Shown: positions 13,050 through 25,170, counted from the stretch's first letter. The stretch is DNA of 64,000 nucleotides from Mobula hypostoma (GCF_963921235.1 NC_086101.1:9488001-9552000), one strand, 5' to 3'. Notes: generated from the sequence alone by a model not told the origin. Numbers and translations are program-made.

Positions 13050-13475
13050 CCGGGAACTGCTGCTGGAAGATCATTAACTCAGTGAGAGACGCTCTTTGTT
13101 CTGCCCGAAACCTGTTGGTCTCCCAGCACAGCCAGATGTCGCGAAGGGAACGCTGTCGACAGGCACAGTCCAGGCTGCAGGAGGACGTGCTGAGGGACAC
13201 AGTGGCTCTCAGTGCAGCCAGTGCAAAGTCTCTGGGAGAGGACCACAGTCGAGACTCCTTCTGCTACCACACATGGAGGGCCTGGGTCAGGTGGGGAAGC
13301 CCCGTGAACACTGAAATTTGTAACATCCCCGAGGCGATCTGAATGGCAATGGTTAAATCAGTGTCAACACTACTGAATGTATTGACCATATGACATTAAG
13401 AATGTCAAATGTCATTTGAACTGTTTTAAACTTTTGTAGATATTTTATTATAAATAGAGCTTAATTTTTTAAAAC
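13050..13475 (+). mobile_element. Tx1-clade (L1 superfamily) LINE 3' end
   Basis: CCWKIINSVRDALCSARNLLVSQHSQMSRRERCRQAQSRLQEDVLRD resembles the Tx1-type ORF2 C-terminus; AT-rich 3' UTR. Confidence 0.65.
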
Positions 13476-13492
13476 GTATGTTTACCTTTGCA

Positions 13493-15800
13493 GCACACAG
13501 AAAATGCCGGAGGAATTCAGCAGGCCAGGCAGCATCTAAGGAAAAGAGTTTTGGGCCAAAACCCTTCATCAAGACCAGAGAGAAACAGATGAGGAGTCAG
13601 GGTTAAAAGTTGGGGGAGGGGAGGGAGAAACACAAGGTGAGAGGTAAAACCGGGAAGGTGGGAGGGGTGAAGTAAAGAGCTGGGAAGTTGATTAGTGAAA
13701 GAGATACAGGGCTGGAGAAGGGGAAATCTAATAGGAGAGGACAGAAGGCCACGGAAGAAAGAAAAGGGGGAGGAGCACCAGAGGGAGGCGATGGGCGGGC
13801 AAGGAGATAAAGTGAGAGAGGGAAAAGGGGACAGGGAATGGTGAAAGAGGGGCTGAGAAATCGATGTTCATGCCATCAGGATGGAGGATACCCACATAGA
13901 ATATAAGGTGTTGCTCCTCCAACCTGAGCATGGCCTCATCACCATGGATTGAAATGTCGGAATGGGAATGGGAAGTTTAATTAAAATGGGTGGCCACTGG
14001 GAGATCCTACGGTTTCTGGCAAATGGAGCATAGGTGCTTGGTGTAGCGGACTGCCAATCTATGTCAGTTCTCACTGACGTACAGGAGGCCACACCAGGAA
14101 CACCAGACACAGTACATAACCCCAACAGACTCACAGGTGAAGTGTTGCCTCACCTAAAAGGACTGTTTGGGGCCCTGAATGGTACTGAGGGAGGATGTGT
14201 AGGGCCAGGTGTAGCACATGTTCCCTTTGCCAGGGGGGAGATCAGTGGGGAGGGGCGAATAGACAAGGGAGTCGTGTACAGGGAGAACCCTGCGGAAAGC
14301 AGAAAGCAAGGGGGAGGGAAAGATGTGCTTGGCAGTGGGATCCTGTTGGATATGATGGAAGTTACAGAGAATTATGTGCTGGACACAAAGGTTGGTGGGG
14401 TGGCAGGTGGAGACAAGAGAAACCCTATCCCTGATGGGGTGGCAGGAGAATGGGGTGAGAGCAGACATCGTGAACTGGAAGAGATGCAGTTGAGAGCAGC
14501 ATTGATGGTGGAAGGGGGGAAGCCCCTTTCTTTGAAGAAGGAGGACACCTCCAATTTTCCAAAATGAAAAGCCTCTCCCTGAGAGTTGATGCGGCGGAGA
14601 CAGAGGAATTGAGAGAAAGGGGTGGCGTCTTTACAAGTAACAGGGTGGGAAGAGGTACAGTCCAGGTAGCTGTGAGTGTCCGTGGGTTTATAACAGGCAT
14701 CAGTAAATAAGCTGTCTCCAGACACAGAGACAGTGAGGCCAAGAAAGGGGAGGGAGGTGTTGGAAATGGACCAGGTAAAGTTGAGGGCAGGGTGGAGGTT
14801 GGAGGCAAAGTCGATGAAGTCGAAGAGCTCAGAATCGGTGCAGGAAGCAACACCAATGCAGTCATCAATGTAGCGTAGGAAAAGTGGGGGACAGACACCA
14901 GTAACATAAACTGTTCCATGTAGCTGATAAAAAGGCAGACATAGCTGGGATCCTTGCGAGTGCCCATGGCTACCCCTTTAGTTTGAAGGAAGTGGGAGGA
15001 GTGAAAGGAGACATTACTGAGAGTGAGGACAAGTTCTGCCAGACAGAGGAGAGTGGTGGTGCTGGAGGAGAAATGCTGTTCAGTAAGAAATGGAGAGCTT
15101 TGAGGCCTTCCTGGTTGGGGGTGGAGGTGTATAGGTACAGGACATCCAGAGTGAAAATAAGATGATTGAGACCAGGGAATTTGAAATCATTGAAAAGATC
15201 CAGAGTGTGTCAAGTGCCACTGTTGTAGGGAGGAAGGAACTGGACCAAGAGGGATAAAACAGAGTCGAGGTTTGCCGATACGAGTTCAGTGGGGCAGGAA
15301 GAAGCTGAAACAATGGAACTGCCTGGACAGGCAGGTTTGTGGATCTTGGGTAAGAGGTAGAAAGGGGAGGTGCGGGCTGCGGGAACTGTGAGGTTGAGGT
15401 TGGAGGCAGTGGATGGGAGATCCCCAGAGCTTATAAAGTTGGTGATGGTGTGGGAGGCAGTGGCCTGGTGCTCCTTAGTGGGGTCCTGTTCGAGGGGTAA
15501 GTAAGTAGGAGATGTCTGAGAATTGTCACTGGGCCTGAACGGTAGAGGTCAGTACGCCAGACTACTACAGCACCCCACTTATCTGCGGGTCTGAGGGTGA
15601 GGTGAGGATTAGTGCTGAGGGAGTGGAGAGCAGAGTGTTCGGAAGGAGTGAGGTTGGAATTGGAGAGAGGAGCGGTGAAGTGGAGATAGTTGATGTCCCA
15701 TCAGCAGTTGGCAATGTAAGGATCCAGAGAAGGCAGAAGACCCGAGCGGGGTGACCAGGGAGAGGAGGAGGGTTGAAGACCGGAGAAGAGGTCATCGGTG
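13493..15800 (-). mobile_element. Penelope-like element (RT + GIY-YIG), decayed and 5'-truncated
   Basis: MGTRKDPSYVCLF, LFLRYIDDCIG (minus strand, about 14850-14885), YKPTDTHSYLD...FSQFLCLRRI, LRLEEQHLIF...HPDGMNIDF, then the PLE tail. Confidence 0.88.
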
Positions 15801-16260
15801 CTTGTCCTCCCTCGCCCTTCAGTCTGTCGGATTGCACAGGAGAGAGGTGAGAGCACCAGCGACCCATCAGCAGCCGCTGCGGCGCAGCTCCGGTCTCCCT
15901 GCAACAGGAGACGGGTTTCGGAGGCAGCTGCAAACAACCGGCCCCGATCCCCGGCGGGGAAAGGCCGGGCACCCTCAGTATAGCTGGAAAATCTCTCGGA
16001 ATCTCCTCACCTCCACCACTGAAAAGATTCGCAGCCCCGGTCGGTGTTGCAGCGGTTGCCCAAGGCGCAGCTGCCGATTTGCGGCCTGTCCCCGGATCGG
16101 ACCCACTCGCTCCCGGTGGCAATGGACGGCCCACTGGGCGGGGCTCACTCCTCGGCCGATGAGAGCCGGTCCGGCTGATTGACGGACCGCCTCCGAGAGC
16201 TGCAGAGTTCAGTCCGATGGAAGCGCCGAGTTTGTTCACAGAATCACAGGAAGCTCCTGT
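15800..16260. promoter_or_regulatory. CpG-island-like segment with no assigned gene
   Basis: Very GC- and CpG-dense, non-TE; GC box gggcggggc at 16136-16144; minus-strand donor-like gag|gtgagg at 16010. Confidence 0.5.
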
Positions 16261-16377
16261 CAGTAACTTTGTTTATCGCCTGTGCATGTGAACTTTGCGT
16301 TAATGAACTTGGGTACAGTTCACCCAGACTAACACCTTAGACCGCAAGTCACCAGGAGGGACTCGATGTACACGGTA

Positions 16378-16885
16378 CAACACGCACAAAATGCTGGAGG
16401 AACTCAGCGGGCTTTTCTGCTTCTATGGGGGGATGAAAAGTACAGTCGTCGCTTCGGACCGAAACCCTTCGGCAGGACTGGGGAAAGAAGAACTGAAGTA
16501 GATATAAAAGATGGGGGAGGGGGAGAGACACACACGGTGATCGGAGTAACCTGAAGGGGGGTGGAGGATGAACTAAAGAGCTGGGAAGTTGATCGGTGAA
16601 AGAGATACAGGGCTGGAGAATGGGGAGTCTGATCGAAGAGGACAGAAGGCCATGGAGGAAAGAAAAGGGGGAGGAGCACCAGAAGGAGGCGATGGGCGGG
16701 CAAGGAGATAAAATGAGAGAGGGAAACGGGGGATGGGGAATGGTGATTGAGAGGGGGTTGGGGGCATTACCGGAAGTTCGAGATATCGATGTTGATGCCA
16801 TCAGGCGGGAGGCTACCCAGACAGAATATAAAGTGTTGTTCTTCCAACCTGATCGTGGACTCAACACGACGGTGGAGGAGACTAT
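16378..16885 (-). mobile_element. Penelope-like 3' fragment / pseudo-LTR, CpG-retaining
   Basis: Same tail as 13493-13930 in the same orientation; end of the GIY-YIG ORF. Confidence 0.8.
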
Positions 16886-16931
16886 GGTAATGTCCCCCAC
16901 TTCTCCTTCACCATCCCGTCCACTTTTTCCC

Positions 16932-19900
16932 AGTGGTGGGTAAATTGTTGGAGAAGGTCCTGAGAGGCAGGAATTATGAGCAATTGGAGAGACATAATCC
17001 GATCAGGGATAGTCTGCCTGGTTTTGTCAAGGGCAGGTCATGCCTTACAAACCTGATTGAATTCTTTGGGGATGTAACAAAACATGTTGATGAAGGTAGA
17101 GCAGGGGATGTAGTGTATATGGATTTCAGCAAGACATTTGATAAGGTTCCCCATGCAAGACTGATTCAGAAAGTAATGAGGCAAGGGATCCAAGGAGACC
17201 TTGCTTTCTGGATCCAGAATTGGCTGGACCACAGAAGGCAAAGGGTGGTTGTAGATGGTCTGTATTCTGTATGGAAGATGGTGACCAGTGGTGTTCCACT
17301 AGGATCTGTTCTAGGACCCCTCCTCTTTGTGATTTTTATAAATGACCTGGATGAGGAAGCAGAAAGATGGGTGAGTAAATTTGCTAATGACACAAAAGTT
17401 GGGGGTCTTCTGGATAGTCTGAAGGGTTGTCAGAGGTTACAGTGAGATATCGATAGGATGCAGAACTGGGCTGAGAAGTGGCAGATGGACTTCAATTGAG
17501 ATAAGTGTGAGGTGGTTCATTTTGGTAGGTCAAGATTGAAGACAGAATGTAATATTAATGGTAAGAACCTTGACAGTGTGGAAGATCAGTGAGATCCTGT
17601 CTAGAGGACACACAAAGCTGCTGCGCAGCTTGATAGTATGGTTAAGAAGGCGTATGGTGTGTTGGCCTTCATAGTCATAGTCATACTTTATTGATCCCGG
17701 GGGAAATTGGTTTTCATTACAGTTGCACCATAAATAATAAATAGTAATAAAACCATAAATAGTTAAATAGCAATATGTAAATTATGCCAGGAAATAAGTC
17801 CAGGACCAACTTATTGGCTCAGGGTGTCTGACCCTCCAAGGGAGGAGTTGTAAAGTTTGATGGCCACAGGCAGGAATGACTTCCTATGACACTCTGTGTT
17901 GCATCTCGGTGGAATGAGTCTCTAGCTGAATGTACTCCTGTGCCCAACCAGTACATTATGTAGTGGATGGGAGACATTGTCCAAGATGGCATGCAACTTG
18001 GACAGCATCCTCTTTTCAGACACCACCGTCAGAGAGTCCAGTTCCATCCCCACAACATCACTGGCCTTACGAATGAGTTTGTTGATTCTGTTGGTGTCTG
18101 CCACCCTCAGCCTGCTGCCCCAGCACACAACAGCAAACATGATAGCACTGGCCACCACAGACTCATAGAACATCCTCAGCATCATCCGGCAGATGTTAAA
18201 GGACCTCAGTCTCCTCAGGAAAGTGACGGTTCTGGCCCTTCTTGTAGACAGCCTCAGTGTTCTTTGACCAGGCCAGTTTATTGTCAATTAGTATACCCAG
18301 GTATTTGTAATCCTCCACCATGTCCACATTGACCCCCTGGATGGAAACAGGGGTGACTGGTACCTTAGCTCTTCTCCGGTCTACCACCAGCTCCTTAGTC
18401 TTTTTCACATTAGGCTGCAGATCATTCTGCTCACACCATGTGACAAAGTTTCCTACCGTAGCCCTGTACTCAGCCTCATCTCCCTTGCTGATGCATCCAA
18501 CTATGGCAGAGTCATCAGAAAACTTCTGAAGATGACAAGACTCTGTGCAGTAGTTGAAGTCCGAGGTGTAAATGGTGAAGAGAAAGGGACACAAGACAGT
18601 CCCCTGTGGAGCCCCAGTGCTGCTGATCACTCTGTCGGACACACAGTGTTGCAAGCACACGTACTGTGGTCTGCCAGTCAAGTAATTAAGAATCCATGAC
18701 ACCAGGAAAGCATCCACCTGCATCGCTGTCAGCTTGTCCCCCAGCAGAGCAGGGCGGATGGTGTTGAACACACAGGAGAAGTCAAAAAACATGACCCTCA
18801 CAGTGTCCAGGTGGGTGTAGACACGGTTCAGCAGGTAGACGATGGCATCCTCAACTCCTAGTCCGGGCTGGTAGGCGAACTGGAGGGGATCTAAGTGTGC
18901 CCTAACCATAGGCCGGAGCAGCTCCAGAACAAGTCTCTCCAGGGTCTTCATGATGTGGGAGGTCAATGCCACCGGTCATTGAGGCTGCTGGGGCGCGGCG
19001 TCTTCGGCACAGGGACGAGGCGGGACGTCTTCCACAGCACAGGAAGCCTCCGGAGTCTCAGGCTCAGGTTGAAGACATGGCGAAGTACTCCACATAGCTG
19101 AGGGGCACAGGCTTTGAGCACCCCGGTACTGACACCATCCGGTCCTGCAGTCTTGCTTGAGTTGAGACCTTTCAGCTGACTTCTCACCTGTTCAGCTGTG
19201 AAGCCCACCGTGGTGGTTTCGTGTGGGGAAGGGGTATAGTCATGAGAGCAGGGTTGGGGACTGTGAGGAGGGGTAGGAGGGGAGAGTGGAATATGTGTTG
19301 GTTGGGGGCTGACAACAGATGACTCATGGGTGATGGGCAGGGGCCATAATGTCAAATCTGTTAAAGAACAGGTTAAGTTTGTTGGCCCTGTCCACACTGC
19401 CTTCAGCTCCTCTGTTCCTAGTTTGCCGAAACCCGGTGATGGTCCTCGTCCCCATCCAGACCTCTCTCATGTTGTTCTGCTGGAGTTTCCACTCAGGCTT
19501 CCTCCTGTACCTGTCTTTAGCCTCCCTGATCCTGGCTTCCAGGTCCCTCTGTATTGCCCTCAGCTCCTCCCTATTTCCATCTCTAAACACCCTCTTTTTA
19601 GCATTCAGGATGTCCTTAATGTCCTTTGTTACTCATGGCTTGTTATTTGAATAACAAAGGAATGTTCTTGTCAGAAGATTGCAGTCCACACAGAAGTTGA
19701 TGTAATCAGTGATTCACTCTGTGAGCCCATCAACTGTGTGATTGAGTTCAAGAGCCATGAGGTAATGTTACACTTGGAGTCCTGTGTTCAGTTCTGGTCA
19801 CCTCATTACAGGAAGATTGTGGATACTATAGGGAGATTTACAAAGATGTTGCCTGGATTGGAGTGCATACCTTATGAGAAAAGTTGAGTAAACTTGGCCT

Positions 19901-20301
19901 TGAAGCGATGGAGGATGAGAGGTGACCTGATACAGGTGTATAAAATGATGAGAGGCATTGCTCGTGTGGATGGCCATAGGCTTTTTCCCAGGCCTGAAAT
20001 GGCTAACACGAGGGGCCAGAGTTTTAAGTTGCTTGGAAGGAGGTACAAGGGGATGTCAGAGGTAAATTTTTCACACAAAGAGTGGTGGGTGCATTGAATG
20101 CAAAGAGAAGGTGGTAGAGTCAGATTGAATAAAGTGTTTTAAGAGACTCTTAGATATGTACATGGAGCTTAGAAATATACGGGGCTGTGTGGTTGGGAAA
20201 CTCTAGGCAGCTTCTAGAGCAGGATACAGGTTGGCACAACATTGCGGGCCGAAGGGCCTGTAATGTGCTGTGGATTTTCTATGTTGTATTTCTATGTTCT
20301 A
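16932..20301 (+). mobile_element. CR1 LINE split by a Rex1 insertion
   Basis: ORF 16933-17445 (GFVKGRSCLTNLIEFF, DFSKTFDKVPH, GVPLGSVLGP); the host reads ggccttc|at|caac across the insertion. Confidence 0.85.
17671..19728 (-). mobile_element. Young Rex1 LINE, 5'-truncated (about 2.06 kb)
   Basis: ORF 18196-18972 RT (ALTSHIMKTLERL, DPLQFAY, GAPQGTVL, LQKFSDDSAI); (atagtc)n tail at 17671. Confidence 0.9.
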
Positions 20302-21121
20302 TGCTGGAGGAACAGGTCAGACAGCATCTATGGAAATGACATTACGTGCCGAGATCCTTCTTCAGAACTGGAAAGGAAATGGGAATAGAAAGGTCGGGGG
20401 TGGGGGGGATGGAAAGGAGGATAGCTGGAAAGTGATAGGGGAAACCAGGTAGGTTGGAAAGATAAAGGGTTGGAGAAGAAGGAATCTGGTACAAGAGCAG
20501 AATGGCCCATAGGAGAAAGGGAAGGAGGGGATGCAGGGGGAGATGATAGTCAGGTAGCTGAAGGTAAGAGGCCAGAGTGGGGGATAGAAGAAGAGGGGAG
20601 AGACAGGGAATTTTTTTTTTCTGGAAGGAGAAATCAATATTCATGCCATCTGTTTGGAGGCTGCCCGGAAATACTATACGGTGTTTTTCCTTTGCGCTGA
20701 GGGTGGCTTCATTGTAGCACAAGAGAAGGTCATGGCCTGACGGGTCGGAATGGGAATGAGAATTGGAATTAAAATGTTTGGCCACCAGGAAGTTCCATCT
20801 TTGGCAGATGGAGTAGAGGTGCTTGATGAAGCAGAACCCCAATTTACAACAGGTCTCACCAATGTAGAGGAGGCTGCAGTGGGAGCGGCAGATCAAATAA
20901 ATGACCCCAGCAGATGAAGTGTTGTCTCACCTGGAAAGACAATTTGGGTCCTTGAATGGAGGTGAGGGAGGAGGTGAATAGGTACTTTGGCTGCTTGCAG
21001 GGGTAAGTGTCAGGACTGTGATTAATGGGGAGGGTGAATGGACAAGGGAGTCATGGAGGGAGTGATCCCTGCAGAAAGTAGAGAAGGGAGGAGGTAAAGA
21101 TATGTTTGGTAGTAGGTTACC

Positions 21122-22052
21122 ATGACTGTGTAGCTGGGCATAGCTCAAATACCATCTATAAATTTGCTGATGATACAACTATTGTTGGCAGAATCTCAGA
21201 TGGAGATGAGAGGGCATACAGGAGCGAGATATGCCAACTAGTGGAGTAGTGTCACAGCAACAACCTTGTACTCAATGTCAGTAAGATGAAAGAGCTGATT
21301 GTGGACTTCAGGAAGGGTAACACGAAGGAACACATACCAATCCTCATATAGGAATCAGAAGTGGAGAGAGTGAGCAGTTTCAAGTTCCTGGGTGTCAAGA
21401 TCTCTAACGACCTAACCTGGTCCCAACATATCGATGCAGTTATAAAGAAGACAAGACAGCGATTATACTTCATTTGGAGTTTGAAGGGATTTGGTATATC
21501 AACAAAAACACTCAAAACCATCTATAGATGTACCATGGAGAGCATTTTGACAGGCTACATCACTGTCTGGTATGGAGGGGCTACTGCACAGGAACGAAAG
21601 AAGCTGCAGAGGGTCATAAATTTAGTTGTCTCCATCTTGGGTACTAGTCTACAAAGTATCCAAGACATCTTCAAGGAGCAGTGTCTCTGAAAGGCAGTGT
21701 CCTATACTAAGGACCCCCAGCACCCAGGGTATGCCCTTTTCTCACTGTTACCATCAGGCAGGAGGTACAGAAGCCTGAAGGCATACACTCAGCAATTCAG
21801 GAACAGCTTCTTCCCCTCTGCCATTCGATTCCTAAATGGACATATTGAACCCAAGAACACTACCTCATGTTTTTAATATATTTCTGTTTTTGCACAATTT
21901 TTAATCTATTCAATATACATATACTTTAATTGATTTACTTAATATATATATATAGTACTTCTATATTATGTATTGTATTGAACTGCTGCTGCTAAGTTAA
22001 CAAATTTCACAACACATGCCGGTGATAATAAACCTGATTCTGATTCTGGTTC
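21122..22052 (+). mobile_element. Rex1/Babar LINE 3' part inserted in the PLE
   Basis: YKFADD, ERVSSFKFLGV and MESILTGYITVWYG motifs; aataaa + (ctgatt)n tail. Confidence 0.85.
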
Positions 22053-22300
22053 TGAGATGGTGGAGGTTTTGGAGGATGATGTGTTGGATGCGGACACTTA
22101 TGTGGTGGTAGGTTAGGACAAGAGGAACTCTATCACTGTTAAGGCAGAGGGAAGATGGAGTGAGCACAGATGTTCAGGAAATGGAGGAGATGCAGGTATG
22201 GACAGCATCAATAGTGGAGGAAAGGAAACCCTGTTCTTTGCAGAGGAGGATGTACCTGATGTTCTGGAAGGGGAAACTACATTCTGGGAACAGATGTAGA

Positions 22301-22874
22301 TTATGAAGACACGTAGTCCCCTTTTATTGTCATTTAGTAATGCATGCATTAAGAAGTGATACATTATTTCCTCCGGTGTGATATCACAAAACACAGGAAA
22401 AACCAAGACTGAAAAAACTGACAAAACCACATAATTATACATGTAGTTACAAACAGTGTAACAATACCATAACTTGATGAAGAAAGTCCCTGAGCACAAT
22501 AAAGTTCAAAGTTTCTCAAATGTCCCACATCTCACGCAGACGGGAGAAGGAAGAAAAACTCTCCCTGCCATGCCGACCACAATCTGACTCTGAGTCATCC
22601 GAAAACTTCGAGCTCTGATCAGCTCTCCGACACCGAGCACTGAGCGCCATCTCTGCCAAACGATTTGACCTCCTTCTCAGTTGCCAAAAGCAGGCAAGGT
22701 GCGGATTTTAAGGCCTATGCTCTGAAAGATACTCAACCACACAGCAAGGACAACAGCGGATGGGCGTTTCAGAAATTTCTCCAGATGTTCCCCTGTGCTT
22801 TCAAGTCCATTCTCCATCAAATCAGAATTGTCCACAGCCCCTATTTAACAGATACGACACAATTTTCCACCGGA
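22301..22874 (-). mobile_element. Unclassified non-coding insertion (SINE-like) in the PLE
   Basis: Interrupts colinear PLE sequence; minus-strand end gacaataaaag resembles LINE-type tails; no recognisable ORF. Confidence 0.45.
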
Positions 22875-23599
22875 GATACAGTGGAAATGAAGGAATTTAG
22901 AAAAGTTACAGGAGACAGGGTGGGAAGAGGCATAGTCAAGATACCTGTGGGAATCAGTAGGTTTATAGAGTATGTCGGTTGACAGTATGTTTCCAGAGAT
23001 GGAGGCAGAGAGATGGGCAAAGGGAAGGGGGGTGTTTGAAATGGACCAAGTGAATTCAAGTGCAGGGTGGAAGTTAGTGGCAAAGTTAATGAAATTGATA
23101 AACTCAGCATGGGTGAATGAACCAGCACCAATGCAGTCATTAATGTTTCTGAGGAAGATTTGGGGAGCATTACTGGGGAAGGCCGAGAACATGGACTGTT
23201 CTATGTAGCCAACAAAGAGACAGGCATTGCTGGAGCTCATGCAGATACCCGTTGATAGCCTTCGAGTCTGGAGAATGTGGGAGGATCAGAAGGAAAATTG
23301 TTGAGTATGAGGACCAGTCCTTCCAGATGGAGGGGAACTGGTTTGTTCTTTTATTGAGAAAGAAATGTGGAGCTCTAAGGCCTTCTTGATGGGGCATAGA
23401 AGTTATAAATTGACATCCATGGTGAAGATGAGGTGGTCAGTGCATGGGAATTGAAAATTGCTGAGGAGATTGAGGACGTGAGAAGTGTCGCGGATGTAGG
23501 TTGGAAGGGATTGACTTGAAGGGGTTAGAATGGAGTCAATGTATGAGGACAGGAGTTCAGTGGGGCTGGAGCAAGCAGGGACATAGGCCAAATGACTAT

Positions 23600-23867
23600 C
23601 TCGCTTTTCAGGAATTGTCCCTTTCATTTCTGCCTTACACTGAACCAGGCTCCGCGCTCCGGATTCATTTATAATCGGACCTCTTTGATGTGTTTCTGAT
23701 CCCACCCTGACGTGGAAATTGCCGCGAATCCTTCCCGGACAACACATGTAGCAGAATTATGTTCATTCCCGAGACTGCAGCGCGCATACTGGACAATCGC
23801 AGTACTGCAGGGGTTCAGCAACTCCCGAAAGTGAAAGGATCCTGAACCCGGAAGTGCCGGAATTAAC
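23600..23867 (+). promoter_or_regulatory. Putative TRIM promoter / 5' UTR with IRF-E/ISRE, ETS and CRE-like motifs
   Basis: gaaagtgaaag 23827-23837; ctttcatttc 23621-23630; ccggaagtg 23848-23856; tgacgtgg 23708-23715; CpG-rich; Kozak aacATGg. Confidence 0.55.
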
Positions 23868-24278
23868 ATGGCTTCGAAAGGACAAGTCGAGAGCTGGACC
23901 GAGGAGGTAATTTGTCCCATCTGCCTGGATTTCTTCACCGAGCCGGTGTCACTGGAATGTGGTCACTACTTCTGCCGCTCCTGTATCACACGGTGTTGGG
24001 AAAGGGAGGAGAGAAACTTCTGTCCGGAATGTAGAGAGGAGATTGCAGACCGCACCCTCAGGGTCAATCGGGTTTTAGCAAACCTGTCTGAGAAAGCTCG
24101 AAAACTAAACCTGAATCCGAAAGAGAAGGAAAGTAAACTTCACTGCGAGGAACATGAAGAAGAACTGAAGCTGTTTTGCGAGACGGACAGGAAACTGATC
24201 TGTCTGATCTGTAGAGATGCACTGGAACACAGAGAGCACCGCTTCCTGCCGATTAAAGAAGCCGTTAAAATTTACAAG
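23868..24278 (+). CDS. TRIM exon 1: C3HC4 RING + B-box
   Basis: CPICLDFFTEPVSLECGHYFCRSC...CPEC and CEEHEEELKLFC...LICLICRDALEHREH; donor aag|gtaaaa, phase 0. Confidence 0.96.
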
Positions 24279-24357
24279 GTAAAAATAACCCGCTTTCAAT
24301 CGTCTGTTTATGTTGTGTCTTTTTTCCTGTCTAATCCATTCACTCTTTAATTCCCAG

Positions 24358-24453
24358 GATCGGGTTAAATCTTCCTTGGACTCTCTCACAAAAAAGAAAT
24401 CAGACTTTCAGGAAATGAAGCAGGAACAGAAAGGGAAGATTGCTGGAGTTCGG
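24358..24453 (+). CDS. TRIM exon 2 (96 nt, coiled coil)
   Basis: cccag|gat ... cgg|gtgagg; DRVKSSLDSLTKKKSDFQEMKQEQKGKIAGVR. Confidence 0.93.
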
Positions 24454-24514
24454 GTGAGGCTTCCTGAGCAGAATTTCCAATATCGTTGTGTAGTTTTGTT
24501 CCCTTTAATGTAGA

Positions 24515-24740
24515 ATAGCAGAGTATCGCAGCTTCAGTGCCTGGGGTTCGATCCTAACCTCTGGTGCTGTCTGCGTGGAGTTTGCACGTTCTCTGGATGA
24601 TCACGAGGGGCCGACATTGCCAAGAAATCCTGATTGAATGATTAATTGTCTACTGTAATTAACCCCTTGAGGGGCTTTGTATGTGAATCAGGTGGGAGTT
24701 AATGGGTCAGTGAGGAAGACTGGGTTTCAGGGAAATGTGA
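24515..24740 (+). mobile_element. tRNA-derived V-SINE (HE1-like), decayed
   Basis: B-box ggttcgatcc followed by the V-domain motif gtggagtttgcacgttctc. Confidence 0.7.
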
Positions 24741-24759
24741 TCGAAGATCTGAGAGCCAC

Positions 24760-25170
24760 TGACTTACTGCCTGTTATGCCACCGGCGTTTAGGACAGTCC
24801 TCCATCTCTAGCAGTGTTCATGTCTTCATTGAACATGTCAGTCGCTACTTCTTGGTTTTCACTACTGTCAGTCATGCAAGTCCTGAGTGGAGATTCAGGA
24901 ATAACATGGCACTCAGATGTAGAATGACTCTTCATTGCTGTTTCCATAACAATTTTGTTTTACCAGTCAGTATTGTTAGCCCTGAGCTGAACCCATTAAC
25001 CTGGAGGACTAGTAGACCACTCTTACTCTGGCCTCTACCCTTTGACTTGTTTGGCATGGGTGACCCTACCAAGAGTCAAAGCATAAAGCCCTGACTCCAG
25101 CCAATATAGTGCTTTGGGTCAGTGAGGCACACAAGCCTCCAAACCCAACGGCAAGGTTGTGGTCCTCTTG
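24760..25170 (-). mobile_element. Non-autonomous RTE-derived (Rex3/Expander-like 5' UTR) element
   Basis: Minus strand accacaaccttgccgttggg...gcctcactgaccc...ggtagggtcacccatgccaaacaagtcaaagggtaga resembles RTE 5' UTRs; no ORF. Confidence 0.5.

Larger units (their letters stand above)
20302..23590 (-). mobile_element. Penelope-like element, decayed, with two nested insertions
   Basis: LLYIGET (GIY-YIG), ACLFVGYIEQSMF, YKPTDSHRYLDY, PTELLSSYIDSIL...LPTYIRDT...LIFTMDV; ends directly upstream of the TRIM promoter. Confidence 0.85.

Noticed and set aside
15565..16239. 224-aa minus-strand ORF and overlapping ORFs
   Set aside because: Low-complexity translation of GC-rich DNA running into out-of-frame PLE sequence; non-ATG start; no domain
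24279..24350. Read-through of exon 1 to a 160-aa RING-B-box-only protein
   Set aside because: A good donor at 24279 and an in-frame 96-nt exon 2 explain it as a 79-nt intron; intron retention cannot be judged from DNA
24515..24600. tRNA genes at the B-box motifs (also 32360 and 48590)
   Set aside because: No cloverleaf; each continues into a SINE body
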